Positions 10,553 through 19,722 of a DNA stretch of 64,000 bases are shown here, piece after piece (positions within the stretch are counted from its first letter, which is position 1; each line of letters opens with the position of its first letter). Under the pieces are notes generated by a model. It had not been told where the DNA came from, searched no databases, and saw only the letters and a program-made list of their open reading frames with translations. Where the stretch lies: positions 224,001 to 288,000 of the forward strand of contig JBDREQ010000073.1 of assembly GCA_043819555.1 (NCBI GenBank), given 5' to 3'. The position numbers and the translations under genes are program-made. This stretch comes from Candidatus Zixiibacteriota bacterium (GTDB lineage: Bacteria > Zixibacteria > MSB-5A5 > GN15 > JAAZOE01).

Positions 10553-11547
10553 AATGCGAGATTTCCCCGATTAAGTTAAAACTCAAGAATGATTTCGTCG
10601 TTGCCGGAGGGAAAGCTTCGATTAAAAATAACTTTGTTGTAAGATTGGATGAAATCGGTTTGGGCGAAGCCGCCGGTTCGATTCATTATGGAGTTGATGA
10701 TGATGTTATTTATAAAGAGTTAATTGAAATTGCCGAAATAATAAATCGTACTCAGCCTGATTTGGATGATTTCCTTAAATCAGCATCATTATATTACTCC
10801 TTGCCTGCTATATGCGCCCTGTCAACAGCCTGGCATGATCTTCATTGTAAACAAAATCAGAGCTATTTTTCCGGGCATTTCCATTTTCCCGAGCCCTTTA
10901 AGTATACTACTTCGCTAACCGTTTCCGTCGGTGATATGGAACAATTAAAGCAATTCTGGGCATCAAATATCCAAATAATAAAACTTAAAATGAACAATGA
11001 ATTATCTGAGGCAAAGAAAATTATCTCTTATATAAATCAAAACTCAAATGTGAAATATCGCATTGATGCTAACAGCAGTTGGGATTATCCCTTGGCGGAA
11101 TACGTTATAAAAAATGTAAAACCTTATAGAATCGAAATGATTGAACAGCCCTTCGATTACGATAAACCGAATTTGTGGGAACAGCTTAGAGCCAATACCG
11201 ACATCCCGATTATTATGGACGAATCCATTAATACTCCAGCTGATATAATTAGAGCCGCCAATATTGTCGATGGAGTTAATATTAAAATTCAAAAAACCGG
11301 AATGCTTGAAACCGTTATAGAAATGATTAAAACAGCCAGGGGGAATAATCTAAAAGTTATGCTTGGCTGCATGATTGAATCATCTATTGGTATTGCCACT
11401 GCGTATTCACTATCAGGTATGGCTGATTTTATTGATCTTGACGGGGCGCTTTTAGTTGAAAATGACCCCTTTGTTGGCTTATCTTACATTAATCAATATC
11501 TGAAGATAAATGGAAAGTATGGGCATGGCATCACGATGGCTGAATAA
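10549..11547 (+). CDS. Dipeptide (L-Ala-D/L-Glu) epimerase, enolase superfamily
   Basis: KLK, DAN, EQP, DES, NIKIQK, GCMIES, DLDG; translationally coupled to the NlpC/P60 gene. Confidence 0.88.
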   Translation: MKCEISPIKLKLKNDFVVAGGKASIKNNFVVRLDEIGLGEAAGSIHYGVDDDVIYKELIEIAEIINRTQPDLDDFLKSASLYYSLPAICALSTAWHDLHCKQNQSYFSGHFHFPEPFKYTTSLTVSVGDMEQLKQFWASNIQIIKLKMNNELSEAKKIISYINQNSNVKYRIDANSSWDYPLAEYVIKNVKPYRIEMIEQPFDYDKPNLWEQLRANTDIPIIMDESINTPADIIRAANIVDGVNIKIQKTGMLETVIEMIKTARGNNLKVMLGCMIESSIGIATAYSLSGMADFIDLDGALLVENDPFVGLSYINQYLKINGKYGHGITMAE

Positions 11548-13462
11548 AACTCTTGTTTTTATCCTGACGCTGAATATTTTTGCCGTCATTATTTCAGCCG
11601 ATTCCCTCGATCTGAACGTAGTATACCCAAGGGATAACCAGACTCTGCCGCCGGTTGATTCATGTTTTATCTTTGGCTCGGTTTCTCCAAAAGCATCTCT
11701 ATTGATAAATGGCATTGAAGTAGAAATCAACAAAAACGGGGGGTGGCTCGCCTTTCTGCCGGTCAAACCGGGAGAATTTTCGTTCAACATTCGCGCCAAG
11801 AAAAACGGCATGGTTGAGGAAAAGACTGTTTTAATAAATATGCCAGATCTGCCCCGCTATACTTTCGATAGCATGTATATACAACCTGGGTCAATGACTC
11901 CTTCCCGAGAAACGTGGGTCAAAGCCGGCGATGTAATTGTACTGACGTTTAATTCACTTCCTTTTTGTAACGCCTTTTGCGTAGTTGAACCGTTTTGCGA
12001 TACCGTCTCGATGACGGAAGCGCCTGCGAGTAATTATTACACTGGAAAAAGCGTATTTGGCAGTGATGATAATATAAATGGATTAGTTCCGGAATCTCTT
12101 CTTGTCAGAGGAAAATATATTGGGCGATACACCGTGCCCGCATTTGCCGCAGATAGTTTAATATTTATTTATCATCTGTATCCTCCTTCCGAGGAGCAGC
12201 TGGAATGGATAAATAAATATCGACTCGATCTTAAACGTCAGGAGTTACCGACAGATAGAATTCGAAACCTAACCGAAATCATCTGTGATACTGCAATCGA
12301 ATCTGCAAAAATAATACATGACGATCTCGAACCGACAATTGAATTGGCCAATAGTATCAGCATTATTCGCACCGGCCCGGGTAAAGGTTACTTATGTATT
12401 CATCAACCAGCGGGCATAAGAGCCAAATTAATCGGCAAAGACGGCCGTTGGCTCAAAATCAGGCTTTCTGATTATCTGCATGGATGGATTATCGATACTG
12501 CTGCGGTATTGCTGCCGACGACAGAAAACGTTCCCCACTCATATATCAGGAATATTCAGACCAAAAACCAGGATGAAAAAGTATCAGTCATCGTATCGAC
12601 TTCAGGAAAGCATCCTTTCAAAATTGAAGAAAATATAAAAGAAAAATCTATCACGGTCAGTCTTTATGGCGCGGATTCCGATACCGACTGGATTCGTTAT
12701 GACAACGCCGATTCTCTTATTGATCATATTATTTGGTTTCAACCTGAACCGGGAGTTTATGCCGTAAAAATATATTTGACTGCCAATCGCATCTGGGGCT
12801 ATGATGGATATTATATCGGTAATGAATTCTGCCTCGATATCAAAAAGTTCCCGCGGGATAAAATCAGATTATCGCAATTTCGCTTTGTAATTGATCCGGG
12901 ACACTCGGAGAACAAAGGTGCTGTGGGTCCAACCGGACTAACCGAAAAAGATGCCAATCTTTATCTTGCGTTACAATTAAAAAAGCAACTTGAACGGGAA
13001 GGGGCCGAAGTTATCCTCACTCGCGACGACGATTCACATCTGCCTCTTTACGACAGACCCAAAATTGCAAAACGTGAAAACACAGATATATTCATATCGA
13101 TTCATAATAACGCCCTGCCGCCCGGAACCAATCCGTTCATCAACAATGGTACCTCAACCTTTTATTATCATCCGCATTCAGCGCCACTGGCACATGCCGT
13201 ACATCAATCATTGGCACGCAATCTGGATTTGAATGACTTCGGATGGTATTACGGAAATTTTGCTGTCATACGCCCAACTCAATATCCGGCGATATTAGTC
13301 GAATGCGCCTTTATGATGATTCCCGAGCAGGAAGCCGCTTTACGTACAGAGAAATTTCAAAAGAAAATAGTTCGAGCAATCATAGAAGGTGTCAAAGACT
13401 TCCTCCGCGGCCGCGCCCAAACGGAATGGGATATTCAACAAGAAAAATCCTACGGGCGATAG
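11510..13462 (+). CDS. Secreted N-acetylmuramoyl-L-alanine amidase (Amidase_3) with long N-terminal region including an SH3-like segment; start probably 11525
   Basis: Signal peptide; IRTGPG..Y SH3-like motif; IDPGH..E, SIHNNA, LVEC zinc/catalytic motifs. Confidence 0.9.
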   Translation: MESMGMASRWLNKTLVFILTLNIFAVIISADSLDLNVVYPRDNQTLPPVDSCFIFGSVSPKASLLINGIEVEINKNGGWLAFLPVKPGEFSFNIRAKKNGMVEEKTVLINMPDLPRYTFDSMYIQPGSMTPSRETWVKAGDVIVLTFNSLPFCNAFCVVEPFCDTVSMTEAPASNYYTGKSVFGSDDNINGLVPESLLVRGKYIGRYTVPAFAADSLIFIYHLYPPSEEQLEWINKYRLDLKRQELPTDRIRNLTEIICDTAIESAKIIHDDLEPTIELANSISIIRTGPGKGYLCIHQPAGIRAKLIGKDGRWLKIRLSDYLHGWIIDTAAVLLPTTENVPHSYIRNIQTKNQDEKVSVIVSTSGKHPFKIEENIKEKSITVSLYGADSDTDWIRYDNADSLIDHIIWFQPEPGVYAVKIYLTANRIWGYDGYYIGNEFCLDIKKFPRDKIRLSQFRFVIDPGHSENKGAVGPTGLTEKDANLYLALQLKKQLEREGAEVILTRDDDSHLPLYDRPKIAKRENTDIFISIHNNALPPGTNPFINNGTSTFYYHPHSAPLAHAVHQSLARNLDLNDFGWYYGNFAVIRPTQYPAILVECAFMMIPEQEAALRTEKFQKKIVRAIIEGVKDFLRGRAQTEWDIQQEKSYGR

Positions 13463-13470
13463 TAATTTAA

Positions 13471-13499
13471 AACCGGCGAATAATATTTATCCGCCGGTT
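13471..13499. terminator. Hairpin between convergent amidase and dockerin pseudogene
   Basis: Stem AACCGGCG/CGCCGGTT with AT-rich loop between two convergent 3' ends. Confidence 0.55.
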
Positions 13500-13521
13500 A
13501 AATCATATCTCAATTCCCATC

Positions 13522-15528
13522 TCAACGGCATTTTTCAGCCTTTTTTGAACATCCAGAGTTATTACACCACGGCGCCGGTCCACCTTTGAACACATGATTT
13601 ATAATATACACGGCATCTCCGACGTTGACATTACAATCTCCATTGGCATCACCATCGCCCTGGCTCCGTGCCCTCTGGAACCATCTTTAAATATAAGATT
13701 AATTAGAAATACGGCATCGCCAACATTACTTTGCCCGTCTCCATTTGGATCGCCGGGATAATAACAATAATCGTTATCACAGCAGAGGCAAAACCATGTA
13801 AAAATTTTATCGCTTTATCAGCTTCAGCCAGGAAATCGGTTTCGCCAGTACGCCCGGTAATCAAAGCAAAGAATATCTCAATCGGCGTACTCTCAGAAAG
13901 ATTAAACTCCCCAAAGGTCGCCAGCATTGTCAAGTCGGTGTAAATCGAATCTTCAGATCCGGTAACCGATTCCCATGGAACATAACCTTCAGTTGTCAGC
14001 ATCAACTCATAGATTGGCCCATTAGGAAGCGGTGCATCGTTTCCGTAATGTCCTGATTTAGAAACCCAGGTAGCATTATCTAATGTCATTGCGTTTTTGG
14101 GAGATGAAACATCCGCAGAAGGAAAAAACCGAACACCGGCAAAACGGTCATCCGATTGCTGCCCAATACCGCATTCGGCCAGCGCTTCGGCTTCCCCATC
14201 ATTGTCTGCCTCTTCCCCTGATAAATAAAGAAGTTCTCGGGCGTCGTCGGCGTAAGAAATATTATCATTGCCCGAGTCAGAAGGCACATTCCAATCCTAG
14301 GCATACCCAATTAAGACGTCATTCTTTGCTCCCGATGCGCTCATAACCAATAATCTTACACCAATAAATTCACAAACTGTATCACCCTGATGTATGTAGT
14401 ATTCAACCGTTAAATTGATAGTTGAATCAAAAGTAGTAAAATCTCCGGCAGCGATAATATAATCTGGATCGCTGGTTTCATCGATTCGCAAATCACTCAG
14501 AGCTCTAAATGTCCGTGGGTCAAAGTTGCTGGTGGAAAATATATCCGTACATAACCTTACTTCACCGTCATCCCATACTATCACCGGCGAACCGTCGTAA
14601 AGATACGTTCTCGCGTCCGCATTCCCGAATGTATCGCAGTCATCAATATAATCCATCGAATAATCAGGCGTCATGGCTCCTAATCGGCCGGTATTTGAAA
14701 TCCTGATCTGTTTACAGGTCGTCGCCAGATCAGCATATTGAGGTAAATAAAACTCAGAAGCACCGTCAAACAAACCGGTATCTGCCTCGGACTGTCCGGT
14801 CCTTCGTGATTAATACTTATCATCGCCTCGATTGTCGTCGGATCGCCCACATCGGTCGAGGCCGTGAATTCAAATTCTATCTCGAGTGTATCCAATCCAC
14901 CTGCCAATATCGTTCCAGAAGATGGTGTAGCGGTAATCCAGCTATCGCCTTGTTCATAATAGATCGATATATCGAAATTATTATCCTGCGAACCAGCATT
15001 GAAAGCTCTCACAGTATCGTAAGTAACTTCCCCCGGCGCGGCCACCAAAATTTCATCCGTATAGCACAACCCGATTCCATCTCCGGCATCGTCTTCATAA
15101 TCGGTCAGATGTTTAACAAATAGACAAATCGGAAATTCGCGGGGAGAGGTATCGTCTAAATGAGTTATGGTAATATCAGCCTGAAAAGTATCCCCTTCTT
15201 GAGCCTCAGATGGAATCGTTATGGCAAATTCAACCGGATATGCCTCACCGCCTGCCGGAATTGAACTGGTTGTAACCGAAGGAGTAATCCATTCAGAGCC
15301 GTTGATATAGTTGATAAAGATCGAAAAACTATTATCAAACTGTCCCGCGTTGAACATATTGACGATTATGGTAGTATCCGTATCCGGAAACAGACCGATA
15401 ATAGTCTGTGCCGAACAAAAACCATCACCGGCATCGTCGGCATATTCAATTTGAGCGAGGGCGGTGATATTAAATAGAATAAAAATGGCGGGAATTAAAA
15501 CGAATAGTTTTCTTAGCCTCCCTGTCAT
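13522..15528 (-). pseudogene. Disrupted gene for a secreted protein with two tandem Ig/BACON-like repeats and a C-terminal dockerin-type domain
   Basis: ORFs 14680-15528, 14297-14773 and 13703-14287 plus two further frame segments (GDPNGDGQSNVGDAVFLINLIF; GDANGDCNVNVGDAVYIINHVFKGGPAP) join into one gene via a -1 shift near 14760, an in-frame TAG at 14297-14299, and -1 shifts near 13800 and 13665. Confidence 0.8.
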
Positions 15529-15662
15529 AATTACTTCCCCCTGATAAATTGCCCATCTTCCCCGGCGGTAAATAGCTGTGAGGTGGGAGACATTCCCCGT
15601 TGCTCGTATTAATAATATAAGAATGTTTAATTTTTATAAAAGCACTTTTTTAAGGGAAATAA

Positions 15663-15734
15663 TACCCCCGTCAGGAATCGAACCTGAACTTACAGCTCCG
15701 GAGGCTGTCGCGCTATCCGTTACGCTACGGGGGC
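15663..15734 (-). tRNA. tRNA-Arg(CCG)
   Basis: GCCCCCG acceptor stem, anticodon arm ACAGC-CTCCGGA-GCTGT, T-arm TCAGG-TTCGATT-CCTGA; CCA not encoded. Confidence 0.95.
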
Positions 15735-15763
15735 AGAAACTTATGCCTATATTTGGAATCGAT

Positions 15764-15792
15764 AAACTAAGTCGAAAAACCCGCCGTGTCAA
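15764..15792 (-). promoter_or_regulatory. Sigma70-type promoter for tRNA-Arg
   Basis: TTGACA-17 nt-TAGTTT on the minus strand about 30 nt upstream of the tRNA. Confidence 0.6.
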
Positions 15793-15832
15793 CTCTTTTG
15801 AATATCACCGTACCCGGTTGCAAATTAAAAGA

Positions 15833-15860
15833 TTGACAAATGAAGCTCATAACTTATTTT
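15833..15860 (+). promoter_or_regulatory. Putative sigma70-type promoter for proS
   Basis: TTGACA-16 nt-TATTTT, divergent from the tRNA-Arg promoter. Confidence 0.45.
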
Positions 15861-15896
15861 CCCTTATTGCATGAATAAGGATGAGAGGCAATTGCT

Positions 15897-17615
15897 ATGC
15901 GCTGGAGTAAAACATACATACCAACCCTTCGGGAAATCCCCGCCGAGGCCGAATTAATTTCTCACCAACACCTTCTCAGAGCCGGGTATATGCGCCGACT
16001 GGCGGCGGGCGTATATACTTATCTTCCACTGATGCAAAGAGTTTTGAACAATATCTCAACCATTGTGCGAGAAGAAATGGATGCCTCCGGGGCGATTGAA
16101 ATTCTTATGCCGGTTTTGCATCCGGCCGAATTATGGCAAAAATCCGGCCGCTGGAATACCATCGGCAAAGAACTTATCCGTCTTAAGGATCGCCACGCCC
16201 ATGATATGGTTCTGGGCCCGACGCATGAAGAAGTCATTACTACGCTTGTTTCCGGAGAACTCAAAAGCTATCGCCAGATGCCTCTCAATATGTATCAGAT
16301 TCAGAACAAATTCCGCGACGAGATTCGTCCCCGATTCGGACTGATGCGCGGGCGTGAATTTATCATGAAAGACGCTTATACATTTGACGTTGATTTTGAG
16401 GCGCATAAAATCGCATACCAGAAGATGATCGATGCTTATTTCAAAATTTTTAATCGATGCGGTGTTGCCGCCAAAAAGGTTGAATCGGATACGGGCGCCA
16501 TGGGCGGAACCGGGGCACATGAATTCATGGTGCTGGTTGAAACTGAAGGTGGCGAAGAAGTGATTCTATCATGTGACTCTTGTGAATACGCCGCCAATAT
16601 CGAAAAAGCCGTTTTCAGAGAAATAAATCCGCCCAGGCAGGATGGCGAAATAAAGCCTGTCAAAGAAGTCGATACGCCCAATGCCGCCACTATTGAGGAA
16701 ATCACAATTTTTCTTAAGCTGCCAGCCAGCCGCTTTGCCAAAACCTTATTATATCTGGCTGATGGAAAACTGGTCGCGGCAATGATCCGGGGCGACCGGC
16801 AAATCAATGAACTTAAGCTAAAAAACCACATAGATTGCCTTGAGCTTGAAATGGCCGGACCGGAAATGGTTGAAAAAATCACTAATGCTCCGGTTGGATT
16901 CGCGGGTCCAGTCGGCCTCTCAATTCCCGTAATTGTTGATCCTGAAATTGAAACCATGACTAATTTTGTCACCGGGGCTAATAAGAAAGATACACATCTG
17001 CTCAATGTAAATTTGAACCGGGATTTCAAAGCCGAGGCAATCATCGATATCATCAATGCCGAACCGGGGGAAGGATGTCCGCGCTGTGCAGTAGGGCGGC
17101 TTGAAAAATATCGAGGTATTGAAGTTGGAAATACATTTTCGCTCGGGACCAAATATTCCGAGAGCCTGGGCGGTAAATATCTCGATTCCGAAGGTAACGA
17201 AAAGCCTTATATCATGGGTTCTTATGGCATAGGAATTACCCGGACAGCTCAAGCGGCGATTGAGAAATATCATGATGACAAAGGAATTATCTGGCCAAAA
17301 GCAATTGCGCCATATCAAGTTATTATATGCCCTCTGAATATGACTGCTCAGGATCAAGTTGAAACCGCGGATAAAATCTATAAAGAACTCACCGATGGCG
17401 GTTTTGATGTTATTTTAGACGACAGGGCCGAGCGAGCGGGGGTTAAATTTAACGATGCCGATTTAATTGGCATACCGTTAAGGATAGCTTTGGGCAGTAA
17501 ATCCCTTGCTGAAGGCAAAGTTGAACTGAAACTTAGAAATGAAACTGATGTGGAATTTGTAAAAATAGGCGAAATAGTCCAAAAAACAGCCGAATTTTTA
17601 GACTGCGCAATTTAA
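15897..17615 (+). CDS. proS: Proline--tRNA ligase (bacterial type with INS editing domain)
   Basis: LGPTHEE, FRDEIRPRFGLMRGREF, GIEVGN.F.LG, MGSYGIG, KF.DADLIG. Confidence 0.98.
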   Translation: MRWSKTYIPTLREIPAEAELISHQHLLRAGYMRRLAAGVYTYLPLMQRVLNNISTIVREEMDASGAIEILMPVLHPAELWQKSGRWNTIGKELIRLKDRHAHDMVLGPTHEEVITTLVSGELKSYRQMPLNMYQIQNKFRDEIRPRFGLMRGREFIMKDAYTFDVDFEAHKIAYQKMIDAYFKIFNRCGVAAKKVESDTGAMGGTGAHEFMVLVETEGGEEVILSCDSCEYAANIEKAVFREINPPRQDGEIKPVKEVDTPNAATIEEITIFLKLPASRFAKTLLYLADGKLVAAMIRGDRQINELKLKNHIDCLELEMAGPEMVEKITNAPVGFAGPVGLSIPVIVDPEIETMTNFVTGANKKDTHLLNVNLNRDFKAEAIIDIINAEPGEGCPRCAVGRLEKYRGIEVGNTFSLGTKYSESLGGKYLDSEGNEKPYIMGSYGIGITRTAQAAIEKYHDDKGIIWPKAIAPYQVIICPLNMTAQDQVETADKIYKELTDGGFDVILDDRAERAGVKFNDADLIGIPLRIALGSKSLAEGKVELKLRNETDVEFVKIGEIVQKTAEFLDCAI

Positions 17616-17625
17616 TATTTTTCTA

Positions 17626-17653
17626 TTGCTTTCCCGTTCTAATTTATTATACT
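17626..17653 (+). promoter_or_regulatory. Putative sigma70-type promoter of the rimP-nusA-infB operon
   Basis: TTGCTT-16 nt-TATACT upstream of the rimP leader. Confidence 0.5.
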
Positions 17654-17693
17654 GTTAAGCTTTAGTGCAAGCTGGGAGTTCTCCGGAGTCAAC

Positions 17694-17712
17694 TGGGGAA
17701 AGCCCGCTTTTG
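17694..17712 (+). promoter_or_regulatory. rimP leader-like attenuator hairpin
   Basis: TGGGGAAAGCCCGCTTTTG: short GGG..CCC stem plus U-tract, resembling the conserved leader upstream of rimP-nusA-infB. Confidence 0.55.
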
Positions 17713-17786
17713 TTATGCGCAAAAAGCCGACTCAATTGCCTTGGCTTATTAGGAGGAGTGTCGGCATTTGACGGTAAGGATACGGT

Positions 17787-18236
17787 TTGATAATTGACTT
17801 AAAAACGGATATCGAGAGTTTAGCGGAACCTCTGATTGCTTCGGTTGGTTGTGAATTGGTGGAAACCAAACTTTCCCGATATAAGAGCGATTTCCGTCTG
17901 CAGATATTCGTTGATTCTGATAATGGCGTGACGCTTGACAAATGCGTTGAACTATCGAAGATTATAGGAGCCGCTTTGGATGTCGAGGATATTTTGGATT
18001 CCGAGTATATTCTCGAAGTTTCTTCTCCGGGATTGGATCGGCCTCTTCGCACACAACGAGATTTTGCAAGAAAAATAGGCAGAGAAATAAAAGTAGAATA
18101 TACTGAGGGCGGCAAGAAGAAAAGAATTCGTGGCTCGCTATCCGATGTGAACGATGTGGCAATAATAATTAACGGTGAAGAAGGCGAATTTGAAATCGCC
18201 CTGTCTGACATTCAGCAGGGTAAAGCAGTAATTTAG
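17787..18236 (+). CDS. rimP: Ribosome maturation factor RimP
   Basis: GVTLDKC...S, YILEVSSPGLDRPL; first gene of the nusA-infB operon; TTG start. Confidence 0.96.
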   Translation: MIIDLKTDIESLAEPLIASVGCELVETKLSRYKSDFRLQIFVDSDNGVTLDKCVELSKIIGAALDVEDILDSEYILEVSSPGLDRPLRTQRDFARKIGREIKVEYTEGGKKKRIRGSLSDVNDVAIIINGEEGEFEIALSDIQQGKAVI

Positions 18237-18249
18237 TGGAGTTAATCTA

Positions 18250-19662
18250 ATGGGATTTGATACACTGGAAGCAATGACCCTTATCGCGCGCGATAAAAAC
18301 ATTGAAATGGATTTAGTTATTGAGACGGTCGAAGCCGGATTACTTGCGGCGGCGCGAAAGAAATACGGATTTATTGATAATCTCTCCTTTAATTTCGATC
18401 ATAAGGAGGGAGAGTTGACTATGATTTCTTTGCGGATAGTCGTGGAGAAAGTAAAAGACCCCTTTACCGAAATTTCTCTCGAGGAAGCTCTCGAATTGGA
18501 TCCGGAAGCTGAATTGGATGATTTCATGGAAATCTATATTGATCCCGTTGAGGAATTTGGAAGAAACGCCATTGCATCAGCCAAACAAATCCTGATTCAA
18601 AGAATTCGTGAAGCCGAACGCGATCGTATTTATGATGAATATATCAATCGGGTAGGACAACTTGTCTCAGGCACAGTGCAGCAAATAGATAAAGGAAATG
18701 TTATTGTTAATCTTGGGCGGGCTGAATCTATCCTTCCGGTTCGTGAACAAATATCCAGAGAAAAATACCGCCAGGGCGACCGCATCCGGGCAATAATACT
18801 TGATGTGCAAAAATCGATGAAAGGACCTCAAATAATTTTATCGCGCGTTAGCACCGATTTCATTTTACGCTTGTTTGAATTGGAAGTCCCGGAAATATTT
18901 GAAAAGATTATCGAAATTCGCGCCATCGCACGCGAACCGGGCGATCGCACTAAACTGGCCGTTTATTCGGGCGATGAACGGATTGATCCCGTTGGCGCCT
19001 GCGTCGGCATCAAGGGTGTTAGAGTGCAATCCATCGTTCGTGAACTAAATAATGAACGAATTGATATCGTTGCCCACAGTTCCAATCCGGAAGTTTTTGT
19101 CGCACGGGCATTGGCGCCGGCCAAAGTAATTACAATTGATGTCTTCGATGAAGAAGTAGGTATGACCGTAGCTGTCGAAGATGATAAATTATCTCTTGCT
19201 ATTGGGAAAAATGGCCAGAACGCTCGCCTGGCATCTCGCCTGACTGGTTGGAAAATCAATATCATGTCAGAATCCGATTATAACAGGATGAAGCATGATG
19301 AAGCGGAATTGATGGTTCCGATCGGTCGACTAAGCGGCATCGGAGATGTCCTTGAAGAACGGTTGGTAGATGCGGATATAAATACGGTTAAAGATCTGGC
19401 TGAAAGTAAACTTGAAGATATAGTAAAAATTGAAGGTATTGGAGATAAAACGGCGGAAACACTAATTGAGCGTGCAATTGAGTTTATGGCCGAGCATAAA
19501 AAATCATTAAAAGAACAAAAGGCCGAAGCTGAAGCGCTGGAAAAATCCGATTCGAATTCATCTTCTGAAGCTACCGAACTTGAGTTTATGGATGATGATG
19601 ATGAGGACGAATTAGTCGACGAAGATAAAAATGAAAATGATGCATCGGATAAGGATGAGTAA
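18250..19662 (+). CDS. nusA: Transcription termination/antitermination factor NusA
   Basis: FGR.A..AKQ, S1 domain, KH domains (AREPG.RTK, DPVGACVG.KG.RV, LAIGKNGQN.RLA), HhH domain and acidic tail. Confidence 0.98.
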   Translation: MGFDTLEAMTLIARDKNIEMDLVIETVEAGLLAAARKKYGFIDNLSFNFDHKEGELTMISLRIVVEKVKDPFTEISLEEALELDPEAELDDFMEIYIDPVEEFGRNAIASAKQILIQRIREAERDRIYDEYINRVGQLVSGTVQQIDKGNVIVNLGRAESILPVREQISREKYRQGDRIRAIILDVQKSMKGPQIILSRVSTDFILRLFELEVPEIFEKIIEIRAIAREPGDRTKLAVYSGDERIDPVGACVGIKGVRVQSIVRELNNERIDIVAHSSNPEVFVARALAPAKVITIDVFDEEVGMTVAVEDDKLSLAIGKNGQNARLASRLTGWKINIMSESDYNRMKHDEAELMVPIGRLSGIGDVLEERLVDADINTVKDLAESKLEDIVKIEGIGDKTAETLIERAIEFMAEHKKSLKEQKAEAEALEKSDSNSSSEATELEFMDDDDEDELVDEDKNENDASDKDE

Positions 19663-19722
19663 GAGATTATTCAGGGAAGAAGATAAAACCATCTGCGGGC
19701 GGTTTTAAACCGGAGGATTACC

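Noticed and set aside
13790..13815. Programmed -1 frameshift at AAAATTTTTA
   Set aside because: It is not a canonical in-frame X XXY YYZ heptamer, and several other lesions make decay the simpler explanation.
14297..14299. In-frame TAG as pyrrolysine or amber recoding
   Set aside because: The same gene also has three frameshifts, TAG serves as a normal stop elsewhere (e.g. pnp, leuS), and no pyl genes are present in the window.
15530..15660. Riboswitch upstream of the dockerin pseudogene
   Set aside because: Only an imperfect hairpin is present; no recognisable riboswitch consensus.
16436..17152. Long antisense ORFs (also 26450-27094, 46568-47137, 21784-22290, 17732-18211)
   Set aside because: They are shadows of well-conserved genes on the opposite strand and have no motifs of their own.
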